The notes: generated by a model not told the origin, from the sequence alone. Counted from the first letter of the stretch, positions 30,461 through 40,489 are shown. The stretch: 64,000 bases of DNA from an uncultured delta proteobacterium (GCA_963767925.1 CAVYGB010000002.1:448001-512000); one strand, 5' to 3'. Program-made: numbers and translations.

Positions 30461-30817
30461 ATGATGACCTTGCGAGGCATTTTCCTGACCTCGGACCAGC
30501 CTGCCCGGACCGCCCGCTTCTACCGGGACGTGGCCGGCATGGCCCTCGAGGAGATCAACCACGAGGGCGGCTACGTGTACTGGAAGCTCGACGACGGCCG
30601 CCTGCAGATCGCCATCCACGACGCCAAGGCCTACGCCGACTACACCTTCCCGCCCGAGCGCGGCTCGAACCTCACCCACCTGTACTTCCAGATCCCGGAC
30701 CAGGGCGGGTTCATCGAGCGCCTCGCCGAGCTGGACCTCACCCCCCACGCCCTCGACGAGGTCGTCGTCACCGTCGTCGATCCCGACGGCCGCAAGGTCA
30801 TGTTCGGCACCGCCTGA
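30461..30817 (+). CDS. VOC/glyoxalase family protein
   Basis: ARFYRDVAG and VVDPDGRKV motifs. Confidence 0.8.
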   Translation: MMTLRGIFLTSDQPARTARFYRDVAGMALEEINHEGGYVYWKLDDGRLQIAIHDAKAYADYTFPPERGSNLTHLYFQIPDQGGFIERLAELDLTPHALDEVVVTVVDPDGRKVMFGTA

Positions 30818-30947
30818 CCGCGGCACGGGACGCGAGCGGCAGGCGGCCGGAGCGGGGGGATGACTCCCCCCGTTTCCCCACCCTCACCCGGGGTGTGGGC
30901 GGGGGGTTCAAGCGGGTCGGGGGCAGGGTCGATGACAGGGACCACCC

Positions 30948-32570
30948 ATGGATGAGTCACCGGCGAAAGGCGCGGCCCTGCAGGCGGGGGAGATGCTGGA
31001 CGGCAAGTACCGGGTCGTCCGACAGCTCGGCGAAGGTGGGATGGGGATCGTCTACGAGGCACACCACCCGCTGCTGCAGAAGACCGTCGCCATCAAGGTG
31101 CTCCGGCCCGAGCTGGCGCGCATGGAGGAGCGCCGCGACCGGTTCGAGGCGGAGGCGCGCGCCACCGCGGCCATCGGCCACCCCAACATCGTCGCGGTCA
31201 ACGACATGGGGGAGACGGCCGACGGCGCCCTGTACTTCGTCATGGACCGGCTCAACGGCGAGACCCTGGCCGAGCGGATCGGGCGGCTGGGCAAGCTCGA
31301 CCTGCGGAGCGCGGCGGTGATCGCCCTCGACGTGCTGTCCGGGCTCGAGGCGGCCCACGCCCTGATGCTGGTACACCGCGATCTCAAGCCCGACAACATC
31401 TTCATGGCCCGCTCGCCGGGGGGCCGCGAGATCGCCAAGGTGCTGGACTTCGGGATCGCCAAGGCGCTGGCCAGCGCGGGCAAGCGCAAGGGGGGGACCC
31501 AGCTCGGGTTCACGGTCGGCACGCCGATGTACATGGCGCCCGAGCAGGCGCTGGCCGACCCCAACATCGACGCCCGGGCCGACCTGTGGGCGCTGGGCGT
31601 GATCTTCTACGAGATGGTCAGCGGGCGGCCCCCGTTCCAGTCGGAGGACACGGTGGAGGTGCTCACCCGGGTTGTGTCGGGCAACCGCGCGCCGCTGGCC
31701 GCGGTCTGTCCGGAGGCGCCGCCGGCGCTGGTGGCGCTGATCGAGTCTGCGCTCACGGCGGAGCGGGCGAAGCGGCCGCAGACGGCCGGGGAGTTTGCGG
31801 GGCGGTTGCAGCAGGCGGTGTTCGGGACGGCGGCCCCGACGCCGGGGGTTATCACGGGGCTGGGGGCGCTGGGGGCGCTCGCGGGGGCCGGCGGGCCGGA
31901 CCTCGGGGCGCTGGACCGGCCGGAGCTGGTGGCGCTCGAGCCGGTGGTAGGAGAGGGCGCGGGGGGATCGCGGGCGGCGGTGGCTGGTGCGCAGCGGCCG
32001 GCGCCTGCGGTGGCGGGGGCTGCGGCGGCGGGGACGGGGACGGGGACGCATACGGGGACGGGGACGGAAACGGACTCGGGCGGGGGGGAGCCGGAGTACA
32101 TCGGAACGATGGCGCCGCTCGAGGCGCCGCAGCCGCGGCGGCGGCGGCGCAAGGGGAAGGTGATCGCCGGGCTTTCGAGCCTGGTCGTGCTGGCGCTTGT
32201 CGCGGGAGGGGCGTTGTTGCTGGTAAAAGAGCAGCAGCCGGAGGTGTTCGGGCGGGCGGCTGCCCTCAAGGACCCGGCCGGGCTGGTCCGGGGGCTGATC
32301 GCGAAGGCGGGCGGCCCGGCCGCGCCCGCGACGCCGGCCGAGAAGCCCGAAGGCGTCGTGTGGGTGACCTTCAAGGTCGTCCCCGCCCACAGCCGCGTCT
32401 ACGTCGACGGAAAGCCCATCCCCTCGAACCCCGCTCCCCTGACCCGGGGCCAGCGCCACAACGTCACCGCCATCGCCGACGGCTACGAGATCGAGCAGAT
32501 GGACATCGAAGGCACCTCGGTCGGCACCATCCACCTGCGTCTGGAAAAGAAGAAACCGCGCCGCCGCTGA
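30948..32570 (+). CDS. Hanks-type Ser/Thr protein kinase with TM segment and PEGA-like C-terminus
   Basis: LGEGGMG, VAIK, HRDLKPDN, DFG, GTPMYMAPE motifs. Confidence 0.95.
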   Translation: MDESPAKGAALQAGEMLDGKYRVVRQLGEGGMGIVYEAHHPLLQKTVAIKVLRPELARMEERRDRFEAEARATAAIGHPNIVAVNDMGETADGALYFVMDRLNGETLAERIGRLGKLDLRSAAVIALDVLSGLEAAHALMLVHRDLKPDNIFMARSPGGREIAKVLDFGIAKALASAGKRKGGTQLGFTVGTPMYMAPEQALADPNIDARADLWALGVIFYEMVSGRPPFQSEDTVEVLTRVVSGNRAPLAAVCPEAPPALVALIESALTAERAKRPQTAGEFAGRLQQAVFGTAAPTPGVITGLGALGALAGAGGPDLGALDRPELVALEPVVGEGAGGSRAAVAGAQRPAPAVAGAAAAGTGTGTHTGTGTETDSGGGEPEYIGTMAPLEAPQPRRRRRKGKVIAGLSSLVVLALVAGGALLLVKEQQPEVFGRAAALKDPAGLVRGLIAKAGGPAAPATPAEKPEGVVWVTFKVVPAHSRVYVDGKPIPSNPAPLTRGQRHNVTAIADGYEIEQMDIEGTSVGTIHLRLEKKKPRRR

Positions 32571-32595
32571 TCGCGGCCTCGGCTGTCAGCGGCCG

Positions 32596-32830
32596 CTATG
32601 GAGTGAGGCGGCCGATCTTGTGGGTGCCCTCTTCGCTGAACCAGAGGGTGCCGTCGGGAGTGGCGGTGATGCCGACGGGGCGGGAGGCGGGGGTCGGGAG
32701 GGGGAACTCGATGATCGCGTCGGTGGGGGTGATGCGGCCGATCTCGTTGCCGGCGTGTTCGGTGAACCAGATGTTGCCGTCGGGGGCGCCGGTGATGCCG
32801 TAGGGGCGAGAGTCGGGGGTGAGGAGTGAG
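32596..32830 (-). pseudogene. C-terminal fragment of a Vgb (virginiamycin B lyase)-like beta-propeller
   Basis: Only two blades ([32 protein letters not shown]); no matching N-terminal part. Confidence 0.7.
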
Positions 32831-32979
32831 CGGGGGCGAACGCCAGGTCTCGGGGCTCCGGGTGGAGGAGGTGCGAGGGATTGGCGGCGTGACACAGGAG
32901 ATGACAGACGGGTGGCGGTGGGGCCTGTCACGAGGGGTGACAGCCGCGGAAGAGACCTCGCCACAGCATCGAACGGCTG

Positions 32980-33166
32980 GCCGGAGACCCCTCACCCCTT
33001 CCCTCTCCCCGCTGCCGCGGGGCGAGGGCGAACAGGTCAGGGAAAGCGGAGATCTCGGCGCGTCCACGCCATATGTGCCCGCTGGGATGACGATCGGGGC
33101 ACCGGGCCGGTTGTTCGCCCTCGCCCCGCGGCAGCACGGAGAGGGAGGGGTGAGGGGTCCTCCGGC
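32980..33166. repeat. Inverted doublet of BoxC/REP-like elements (REPIN-like)
   Basis: GCCGGAGACCCCTCACCCC...GAGGGCGAACA at left and TGTTCGCCCTCG...GGGGTGAGGGGTCCTCCGGC at right. Confidence 0.93.
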
Positions 33167-33191
33167 GTCGCGGTTCGAACTGTTCGGCGCG

Positions 33192-34282
33192 CTAGGCCAG
33201 GACGTCCTGGACGAGGGTCTGCAGATTCGACTGCAGGAAGGTGTACGTCTCCTCGTAGGCGAGCTGGCGATCGGCGGGGGGACGGCGGAGGGGTCGCGGA
33301 CGCTCCAGTCGAGGCAGACGGCTTTGGTGGGCTGCGCGGGGAACACCCGCTGCGCCTCCTCGGCCAGGGCCACGATGATCTGGTACCGGCTCAGCGAGGG
33401 GATCTGATCCAGGGCCTTGGAGGTGTGGCGAGAGATGTCGAGGCCCCGGCCGCGCAGGAAGGCGATGGTGTCGTCGTCGACCGAGCGGCGGTCGAGGCCG
33501 GCGCTGTCGAACACGAACTCGGGCGCGCCCAGGGAGCGGCCGATGGCCTCGGCCATCTGGCCCCGGCAGGAGTTGTGCTCGTCGACGAAGAGCAGGCGGT
33601 AGCTGTCGCTGCCCAGGTGCTTGAGGTACTCCCCCTTGCACATGTAGACCACCTCGTGGCAGATGTTGCGCGCTTGATCGCCGACCCGCTCGAAGCGGTT
33701 GGCGATGGTCAGCAGCGGCGACAGCGCCTCCAGCGGGAGCTGCTTTTGCTGCTGCAGGTCCACCAGGTCCGCGTTGAGCTGGAAGCGCAGGCGATCGATG
33801 TGGTCCTCGACGCGGGCGGCGCTCTCCGCCAGGGCGGCGTCCTGGTTGAAGAACGCCTCGAGCGCGGCGTGGAGCATCGGGATGGCGTGGCCCGCCAGCT
33901 CGGCGAAACGCGCCCCCGGAAGGTCGAACTGCAGCCCGTTGAGGCGCACCACCTGGCGGGCGATGCTCTCGGCGTAATCTCCCGTCCGCTCGAGCTCGCT
34001 GTTGAGCTTGATGGCGGCGTAGATGAAGCGCAGGGGGTCGGCCACCGGCTGGTGGCGCACGATGAACTCCAGGCAGAGGCGGTCGATCTCCCGCTCGAGG
34101 GTGTCGACCCCGTGATCCCGCAGGATCACGGCGCAGGCGAGCTGGCGGTTGCGGCTGGCGAGCGCCTCGAGGGCCGCCTTCAGGGCCGCTTCGGTGAGGA
34201 CGCCCATCTCGCGTACCTTCGCCCGGATCCGCGTCATGTCGCGCTGGAGTATTTGCTCGTAGTGGGTCAAGTCGACCTCCAT
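33192..34282 (-). CDS. phoU: PhoU fused to an LMW-PTP/ArsC-like domain (frameshift near 33265)
   Basis: PhoU motifs QPVADPLR, ELERTGDYA, FERVGDQARNI; C-terminal FVDEHNSCRGQMAEA, SAG, WSVRDP. Confidence 0.88.
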
Positions 34283-34511
34283 GGCAGCGCGCGTGGCGCC
34301 GAGCGAAAGACTCAGGAAAGGCTCAGGACTACTTGGAGATAGCTGTTCAGAATGTCACGGGGAGCCGTTCGACGCCAGCCCCTTTGGCGGGCGCTGCTCC
34401 GGGGGATCCCCGGGATCCCAATCTCGACAGCGGATCGGTCGCTGGAACGTGAGCTTCCCGAACTCGTGACAGCCTTGACACGATCTGTGAACTCCGCGAT
34501 ACAGCCCCCCG

Positions 34512-35132
34512 ATGCGCTTTCTGCCGCGGGAGACTTCGTTCTTCGACTACTTCGAGCAGCAGGGGCAAAAGACGGTGGAGGGCTGTCGCGCCTTCGTCGC
34601 CCTGCTCGAAGATCCCGGCGACGTCGTCGCCAGGGCGAAGCAGATCAAGGCGATCGAGGAGGAGTGCGATTCGATCACCCACCGGGTTGTCGAGAGCCTG
34701 CACCGGGTGTTCATCACCCCCCTCGACCGCAACGACATCTACCGCCTCATCACCAAGATGGACGACATCATGGACCACGTCGAGGCGGCCGCCGAGCGGA
34801 TGGCGCTCTACGAGATCCGCACCACCACCAAGGAGGCCGGTGACCTGGCCCGCGTGCTGGTGGCGAGCAGCGAGCGGGTGCTCGAGGCCATCTCGGGCCT
34901 GCGCAACCTGAAGAACCCCCAGGTCATCCTCGAGAAGTGCGTGGAGATCAACCGCCTGGAGAACGAGGCGGACGCCCTGCTGCGGGGGACGCTGGCCAAG
35001 CTGTTCAAGGAAGAGAAGGACGCCGTCACCATCATCAAGTGGAAAGAGATCTACGAGCTGCTGGAGACGGCCACCGACCGCTGCGAGGACGTCGCCAACA
35101 TCATCGAAGGTGTCGTCCTCGAGCACTCCTGA
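34512..35132 (+). CDS. DUF47 family phosphate transport regulator
   Basis: FITPLDRNDI, LENEAD, IKWKEIYE.LE.ATDRCED motifs. Confidence 0.9.
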   Translation: MRFLPRETSFFDYFEQQGQKTVEGCRAFVALLEDPGDVVARAKQIKAIEEECDSITHRVVESLHRVFITPLDRNDIYRLITKMDDIMDHVEAAAERMALYEIRTTTKEAGDLARVLVASSERVLEAISGLRNLKNPQVILEKCVEINRLENEADALLRGTLAKLFKEEKDAVTIIKWKEIYELLETATDRCEDVANIIEGVVLEHS

Positions 35133-35246
35133 GAGGCTGCGCGCTCGGCAGGTAACCCGCGCGCTGACGGGGCCAACCCCCGGGATCGGGGGAGGCCTGC
35201 GTTGTGGGGCGTCGGTGGCGGCCGCACAGAGGAGGGGAGGGCAATC

Positions 35247-36155
35247 ATGCGGAAGGTTCTTTGTGCGACCGATCTGAGTGAAGCGGCGGACGAGGCGCTC
35301 CGTCAGGCCGACCGGTACTGCGCCGGTGAACCGCGGGCCGAGCTGGAGGTGCTGTTCGTCGAGCCCCCGCTCGCCGGGGTGGCCTTCGCCGGCTCCGGCC
35401 TGCCGGCGCTGTCACCGGCGGAGATGGAGGCGGCCCGCAACCACGCCCGTGAGGCCCTGCGCAAGCAGGTCGCGCGGGTGAAGGTGACCTGCGGGCAGGT
35501 GCGGCTCGAGACCGCGCCGGCCGCCGGGCCGGTCTACGCCGAGATCGTGCGCCGGGCCGAGGAGGGCGGGTACGAGCTGGTGGTGGTCGGTGGCCACGGG
35601 GCCAGCGGCCTGGCCCGCGTGCTGCTGGGGTCGGTGGCGGACAAGGTCGTCCGCTTCGCCCACAGCCCGGTCCTGGTGGCGCGCAAGCCGGCGGCAAGCG
35701 GAGGGGTGATCGTGGGCAGCGACCTGTCGGCGGGGTCGAAGCTGGCGCTGACGACCGCGGCCCGCGAGGCGGCCCGCCGCAAGGCCCGCCTCACCGTCAT
35801 CCACTGCCTGGGCTACCCGCCCGAGCTGATGGGCTTCGGCTTCGCGCCGCTGGTGCCGGCCCCGCCGCCCCTGCCCGCCTCGCGGGCGACCCAGGTGCAG
35901 GCCGCGCGCGAGCGCCTCGAGCGCGAGCTGGCCGAGGCGAACATCGAGGCCAAGGTCGTGGTGGACGAGGGGGAGCCGGCCGCCAGCATCGTGCGGCTGG
36001 CCGAGACCGAGCCCACCGAGCTGGTGGTCGTGGGCGCCTCGGGCAAGACCGCCCTGGCCCGCATGCTCCTCGGCAGCGTCGCCGCCGCCGTCACCCACCG
36101 CGCCCCCTGCCCGGTCCTGGTGGCCCGCCCCACCCCCACTTCGGGCCGGAGCTGA
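35247..36155 (+). CDS. Universal stress protein, two USP domains
   Basis: LCATDLS and two LLGSVA...PVLV motifs; GGAGG RBS. Confidence 0.92.
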   Translation: MRKVLCATDLSEAADEALRQADRYCAGEPRAELEVLFVEPPLAGVAFAGSGLPALSPAEMEAARNHAREALRKQVARVKVTCGQVRLETAPAAGPVYAEIVRRAEEGGYELVVVGGHGASGLARVLLGSVADKVVRFAHSPVLVARKPAASGGVIVGSDLSAGSKLALTTAAREAARRKARLTVIHCLGYPPELMGFGFAPLVPAPPPLPASRATQVQAARERLERELAEANIEAKVVVDEGEPAASIVRLAETEPTELVVVGASGKTALARMLLGSVAAAVTHRAPCPVLVARPTPTSGRS

Positions 36156-36202
36156 ACCCAACCTGCCGCACGCTTGCCCGAAGATCGGGGCACCTGGCTG
36201 CT

Positions 36203-36241
36203 TGTTCGCCCTCGCCCCGCGGCAGCGGGGAGAGGGAGGGG
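36203..36241. repeat. Partial BoxC/REP-like element at the truncated end of the PhyH gene
   Basis: TGTTCGCCCTCGCCCCGCGGCAGCGGGGAGAGGGAGGGG. Confidence 0.9.
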
Positions 36242-36904
36242 AAAAAAGCGGGTCGCCTCCCCCAGCAGGAAGCGCTTGGCCGCCCAGAGCGGCCGGTAGC
36301 CACCGGCGTTGCCCGGGTTGTCCCCGGTGCCGGCGTAGGAGACCGCCCCCCGCAGCAGCGCGGTCATCGCCCCCGGCAGGGCCCGCCCGCCCACCATCAG
36401 GCCGTGGTCCCGCCGGCGATCGTGCGAGCCGGGGATCACGCGCAGGCAGCTCGCGTGGGCCGGGACGTCGGTGAGGGCCAGCCAGCAGGAGATCAGCGCC
36501 GGCGGCTCCACGTCCCAGTAGGCCGAGTCCTGGTGGTAGGAGAAGCGGGCCTGCGATCCGGGCGGCTTGAGGATGAGGACGTCCCGGAACAGCCGGGCCG
36601 GCTCGCCCATCAACAGCTCGACAACGTCGACAAGGCTGTCCCGGCTGGCCAGCTCGGCGAACAGCGGGTCGGTCTCGGTGAGCTGGTTGATCTTCATGAG
36701 CTCGGTCGCCCCGTCCCGGTCGTACTGGGCCTGCACCTGCCCGCGCGCGACCTGGGCGCTGCCGCGACCGCGGGCGATGGCCTCCGCCCGCACCCGCAAC
36801 GTGCTGAGGTCGGCGTCGCCCAGCACCCCGCGCCGGATCAGGTAGCCGTCGCGCAGGAAGGTGGCGCGGAGGTCGTGCGGCGGGCTCGGCTCGGCGGCTG
36901 CCAT
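36242..36904 (-). pseudogene. Phytanoyl-CoA dioxygenase (PhyH) family, 3'-truncated
   Basis: FLRDGY, HQDSAYW, WLALTD, VIPGSH; frame runs into the repeat and the distal Fe-binding His motif is not seen. Confidence 0.7.
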
Positions 36905-36981
36905 GGCAGCAAACCTACCGCCAGCGGCTGAGCGGCGAAAGCGGCTTTCCGCGCCCGACCGGCACGAGCAGGCGCACACCC

Positions 36982-37731
36982 GTGGTAGGGTCCGGCCGCT
37001 TGCAGGACGGACCCTCGAGTCAGGCCCCCGGCGAACGGGACGGGATCGACTACTTCGGGCGCGGGTCCGTCCTCACCAGCCTGCAGGAGCGCTTCAGCCT
37101 GGTCGCCCGCCGGAGCATGTACCGGCTGTGGCTGGCCTACGCCGGCGACGTGAAGGGGCAGACCGTCCTCGACGTGGGCAGCACCCCCGACCGGGAGCGG
37201 CGCGACTCGAACTGCATGTTGCCCTGGTTCCAGGCCAGCGGCGTCCGGCTGTCGCTGTATTCCCCCGAGGACATCCGGGGCATCGGCGACCTCTTCCCCT
37301 ACGCCACCATCCTCCCCTCCGCCGGCTTCGGCGCCCCCCTGCCCGTCCCCGAGCGCAGCTTCGACTGGACCGTCTCCTCGGCCGTGCTGGAGCACGTGGG
37401 CGGCGTCGAGGCCCAGGTCGCCTTCATCGCCGACTGCGCCCGCACCGCCCGCGGCCTCTTCCTCACCACCCCCAACCGCTGGCACTGGCTCGAGTTCCAC
37501 ACCAAGCTCCCGCTGCTGCACTGGCTCCCCCGCCCCACCCACCGCGCCACCCTGCGCGCCCTGGGCCGCACCACCTGGTCCCAGGAGAGCCACCTCCGCC
37601 TGGTAGGCGCGACCGAGCTCACCGCGCTGGCCCGGCAGGCGCTGGGCGACGCCTTCACCTTCGAGCTGCGCCACGTATGGTCCCTCGGCATGCCCAGCAA
37701 CCTGGTCTTGCTGGCCCGCCGCCGCGCCTGA
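36982..37731 (+). CDS. Class I SAM-dependent methyltransferase
   Basis: VLDVGS, SSAVLEHVG, TTPNRW..LEFHT motifs. Confidence 0.85.
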   Translation: MVGSGRLQDGPSSQAPGERDGIDYFGRGSVLTSLQERFSLVARRSMYRLWLAYAGDVKGQTVLDVGSTPDRERRDSNCMLPWFQASGVRLSLYSPEDIRGIGDLFPYATILPSAGFGAPLPVPERSFDWTVSSAVLEHVGGVEAQVAFIADCARTARGLFLTTPNRWHWLEFHTKLPLLHWLPRPTHRATLRALGRTTWSQESHLRLVGATELTALARQALGDAFTFELRHVWSLGMPSNLVLLARRRA

Positions 37732-37808
37732 GGCGCAGGCGGCAGCCCGACAGACGGGCGTCGGCATGGAAAGCGCGCCCGGGCGTGGAATCCACCGCCG
37801 AGGTTGTG

Positions 37809-39068
37809 TCAGCGATGTGGTTCCGAGCGTGAGCGGGGACCACGTCTGTCCGCGACGGCGATCTGGGCGGTGTCGCGGTTCAAGATATCGAGATACTCCT
37901 TGTAAACGTAAAGGCGATTGCGCGGCTTCCCGGTTACCTCCTGTGCAATTCCCAGTCGCTCGAGATCATCAAGCGCTCGGGCGACCGTTGGCTTGGTCGT
38001 GCCGCACGAGACTGCCGTCTCCGGCACCCGGATCGCGATCCGGCCCCGTAGATGGTCGAAGACGGCCAGGTTCGTGTGGAGCGCAACCTTCTGGTAGATG
38101 GAGCCACTGCGGGAGCTCTCCACCTTTTTTCTGTCACGCTGGAACAGACCGAGAAGCTCCCGAATCTTCGCCACCGCCTCGTCTGCGACGGCGGCGATGC
38201 CCTCGAGATAGAAGTGTAGCCACTCCTCCCAGGCACCGTCGGTGCGAACCTTCTGAAGGAGATCGTAGTACCTGGTTCGGTGCCGTTTGAAGTGAAGGCT
38301 CACGTACAGCCATGGACGATCAAGAACGCCTTGTTCGACGAGTATCAGCGGAATCAGCATCCTGCCCACGCGTCCGTTCCCGTCGAGGAAGGGGTGAATC
38401 GTCTCGAACTGAACGTGAACGAGCCCAGCCTTCAGAAGGGTAGGAATACCGTCCAGGTGCATGAATTTCTCGAGTGCCCCCAATGCCGGCATGACCTCAC
38501 TGGGCGGCGGCGGAACAAAGACGGCGTTGCCGGGCATGCTCCCGCCGATCCAATTCTGCGATCGCCTGAACTCACCTGGGGTCTTCTTTTCGCCGCGCGT
38601 TCCTCGAACGAGAACCTTGTGCACCTCGCGAATCAGGCGGAGGCTCAGCGGGAGGGTGCGAAGCAGATCGAGCCCGTGGTTGAGGGCACCGATGTAATTC
38701 GAGACCTCTTGCACGTCCTCAATCGGTACGCCTGGAGCCACGCTGTTTTCGTGAAGCAGGAGATCGGTCAGCGAGGACTGGGTGCCCTCGATCTGACTGG
38801 AAAGGATCGCCTCCTTACGAACGTAGCTATAGAGAAGCTCCTCCGGACCAGGCAGCAGGCGGCCGATACCGTCCAGACGGCCCACAGCGAGGCCCGCCGA
38901 CTCGAGCTTTCGTTGAAGGTGAACATCGATCTCCAGAGGCGGATCTGGCGGAAGTGCCCTCGGAACGAATGCGCGATACATCGCGTGGCCGGTGCCCTGG
39001 GAGACCCAGGTGCCGGAGCGCCCCTCATTCCTTCGCGCCGCCTTGGTAAAGGATGGCGACCTAGCCAC
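37809..39068 (-). CDS. Fic family protein with C-terminal HTH
   Basis: EAILSSQIEGT, PGEFRRSQNWIG, canonical HPFLDGNGRVGR, C-terminal EVTGKPRNRLY; start uncertain. Confidence 0.95.
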   Translation of the reverse strand: MARSPSFTKAARRNEGRSGTWVSQGTGHAMYRAFVPRALPPDPPLEIDVHLQRKLESAGLAVGRLDGIGRLLPGPEELLYSYVRKEAILSSQIEGTQSSLTDLLLHENSVAPGVPIEDVQEVSNYIGALNHGLDLLRTLPLSLRLIREVHKVLVRGTRGEKKTPGEFRRSQNWIGGSMPGNAVFVPPPPSEVMPALGALEKFMHLDGIPTLLKAGLVHVQFETIHPFLDGNGRVGRMLIPLILVEQGVLDRPWLYVSLHFKRHRTRYYDLLQKVRTDGAWEEWLHFYLEGIAAVADEAVAKIRELLGLFQRDRKKVESSRSGSIYQKVALHTNLAVFDHLRGRIAIRVPETAVSCGTTKPTVARALDDLERLGIAQEVTGKPRNRLYVYKEYLDILNRDTAQIAVADRRGPRSRSEPHR

Positions 39069-39074
39069 GAACGT

Positions 39075-39104
39075 TAGTAAAGCATAAGGCAGCTGGCTTT
39101 ACTA
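39075..39104. promoter_or_regulatory. Operator-like inverted repeat upstream of fic
   Basis: TAGTAAAGC-12 nt-GCTTTACTA. Confidence 0.5.
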
Positions 39105-39181
39105 GAAAGCGGCGTCTGATCTCTCGCGCTTGCTTGCAGCAGCTCGATGAACCACGTCTCGGGCGGCCGGGCCCGCGGGGG

Positions 39182-40369
39182 TCAGCGGCGGCGGCGGAGG
39201 CCGATGAAGCTGAGGAGGAAGCTGAAGAGGATGATCTGCATGCCGAGGCAGATGGCGGTGACGCCGGGGATGGCCCGGCGCAGGTTGGTCTGCACGTCGA
39301 GGGCGCCGAAGCCGACGCCGTACCACTGGTAGAGGGTGTAGGCGATGGCGCCCACCCCCAGGAGCAGCAGGAGCACGCCGACAAGGAGGCCGGTCTCGAG
39401 CTTGAAGAACTGGAAGGCGCGCTCGAGGGTGGGATCAGCGGGCAGCAGGCCCTCTTGCAGGGCGTAGATGCGGGCGCAGAAGGCGAACAGGATGGCCTGG
39501 AAGCCGAGCTGCACGCAGGCGAAGGCGACGAGCAGGGTGTGCACGTCGAGCACGACGGTCTCGGTCAGCGGGTAGGGCCCCGGCAGCAGCAGGGCGCCGA
39601 GGCCGGCCCCCACCAGCGCCAGCAGGATCCCCGGGTAGAGGAACAGCCAGCGCGGGCTGTAGAGCAGCATGAAGCGCAGGTGGCGCCAGCCGTCGCGCCA
39701 GGGGCGCAGGTGGGGCGGCCGGCTGCGGCCGTCCTTGTCGAGGGTGGTCGGCACCTCGACGATGTTCATGCGCAGCAAGGTGGCCTTGATGACCATCTCC
39801 GACGCGTACTCCATGCCGGTGGTCTGGAGCTGCATGCGCCCGAAGGCCGCGCGGGAGTAGCCCCGCATGCCGCAGTGAAAGTCGTCGACCGGCGATTTGA
39901 AGAAGACCTTGCCGATGGTCGAGAGCACCGGGTTGCCGAGGTAGCGGTTCTTCCAGGGCATGGCCCCCGGCCGGATGCCCCCCCGGAAGCGGTTGCCCAT
40001 CACCAGGTCGCAGCCCTTGCGCAGCTCCTCGACGAAGGGATCGATGCGCGAAAAATCGTAGCTGTCGTCGGCGTCCCCCATGATCACGTAGCGCCCGCGC
40101 GCGCCGAGGGTGCCGTAGTAGAGGGCCGCCCCGTAGCCCCGCACGGGGACGTCGACGACCCGCGCCCCCTCGGCCACCGCGATGGCCTGCGAGCCGTCGG
40201 TCGAGCCGTTGTCGGCCACCACCACCTCCGCCTGCAGCTGCAGCCGGGCGATCGCCGCGCGGGCCTTGCGGATACAGCGGGCCAGCGTCTCCGCCTCGTT
40301 GAGGCAGGGCATCAGGATCGTGAGCTCGAGGGTGGGCTCCACCGTCGCGGAGCCGGCAGCGTCGGTCAT
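39182..40369 (-). CDS. Glycosyltransferase family 2 (polyprenol-phosphate glycosyltransferase-like)
   Basis: MPCLNE, DNGSTDGS, GYG, MGDADDSYD, WRDGWRHL; C-terminal TM helices. Confidence 0.93.
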   Translation of the reverse strand: MTDAAGSATVEPTLELTILMPCLNEAETLARCIRKARAAIARLQLQAEVVVADNGSTDGSQAIAVAEGARVVDVPVRGYGAALYYGTLGARGRYVIMGDADDSYDFSRIDPFVEELRKGCDLVMGNRFRGGIRPGAMPWKNRYLGNPVLSTIGKVFFKSPVDDFHCGMRGYSRAAFGRMQLQTTGMEYASEMVIKATLLRMNIVEVPTTLDKDGRSRPPHLRPWRDGWRHLRFMLLYSPRWLFLYPGILLALVGAGLGALLLPGPYPLTETVVLDVHTLLVAFACVQLGFQAILFAFCARIYALQEGLLPADPTLERAFQFFKLETGLLVGVLLLLLGVGAIAYTLYQWYGVGFGALDVQTNLRRAIPGVTAICLGMQIILFSFLLSFIGLRRRR

Positions 40370-40489
40370 GCGCAGTGCTAACACGGAGCCACCCTCGACA
40401 TCGAGAAGGCGGACGCCCCCCCGCCTGGGTTCGCGTCATTTAATCCATCTGCACTGCTCACGCCGGCTACCGCGGCCTGGGCTCGAGGA

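Noticed and set aside
32030..32075. GGGACG repeats in the kinase gene
   Set aside because: Ordinary low-complexity Gly-Thr linker
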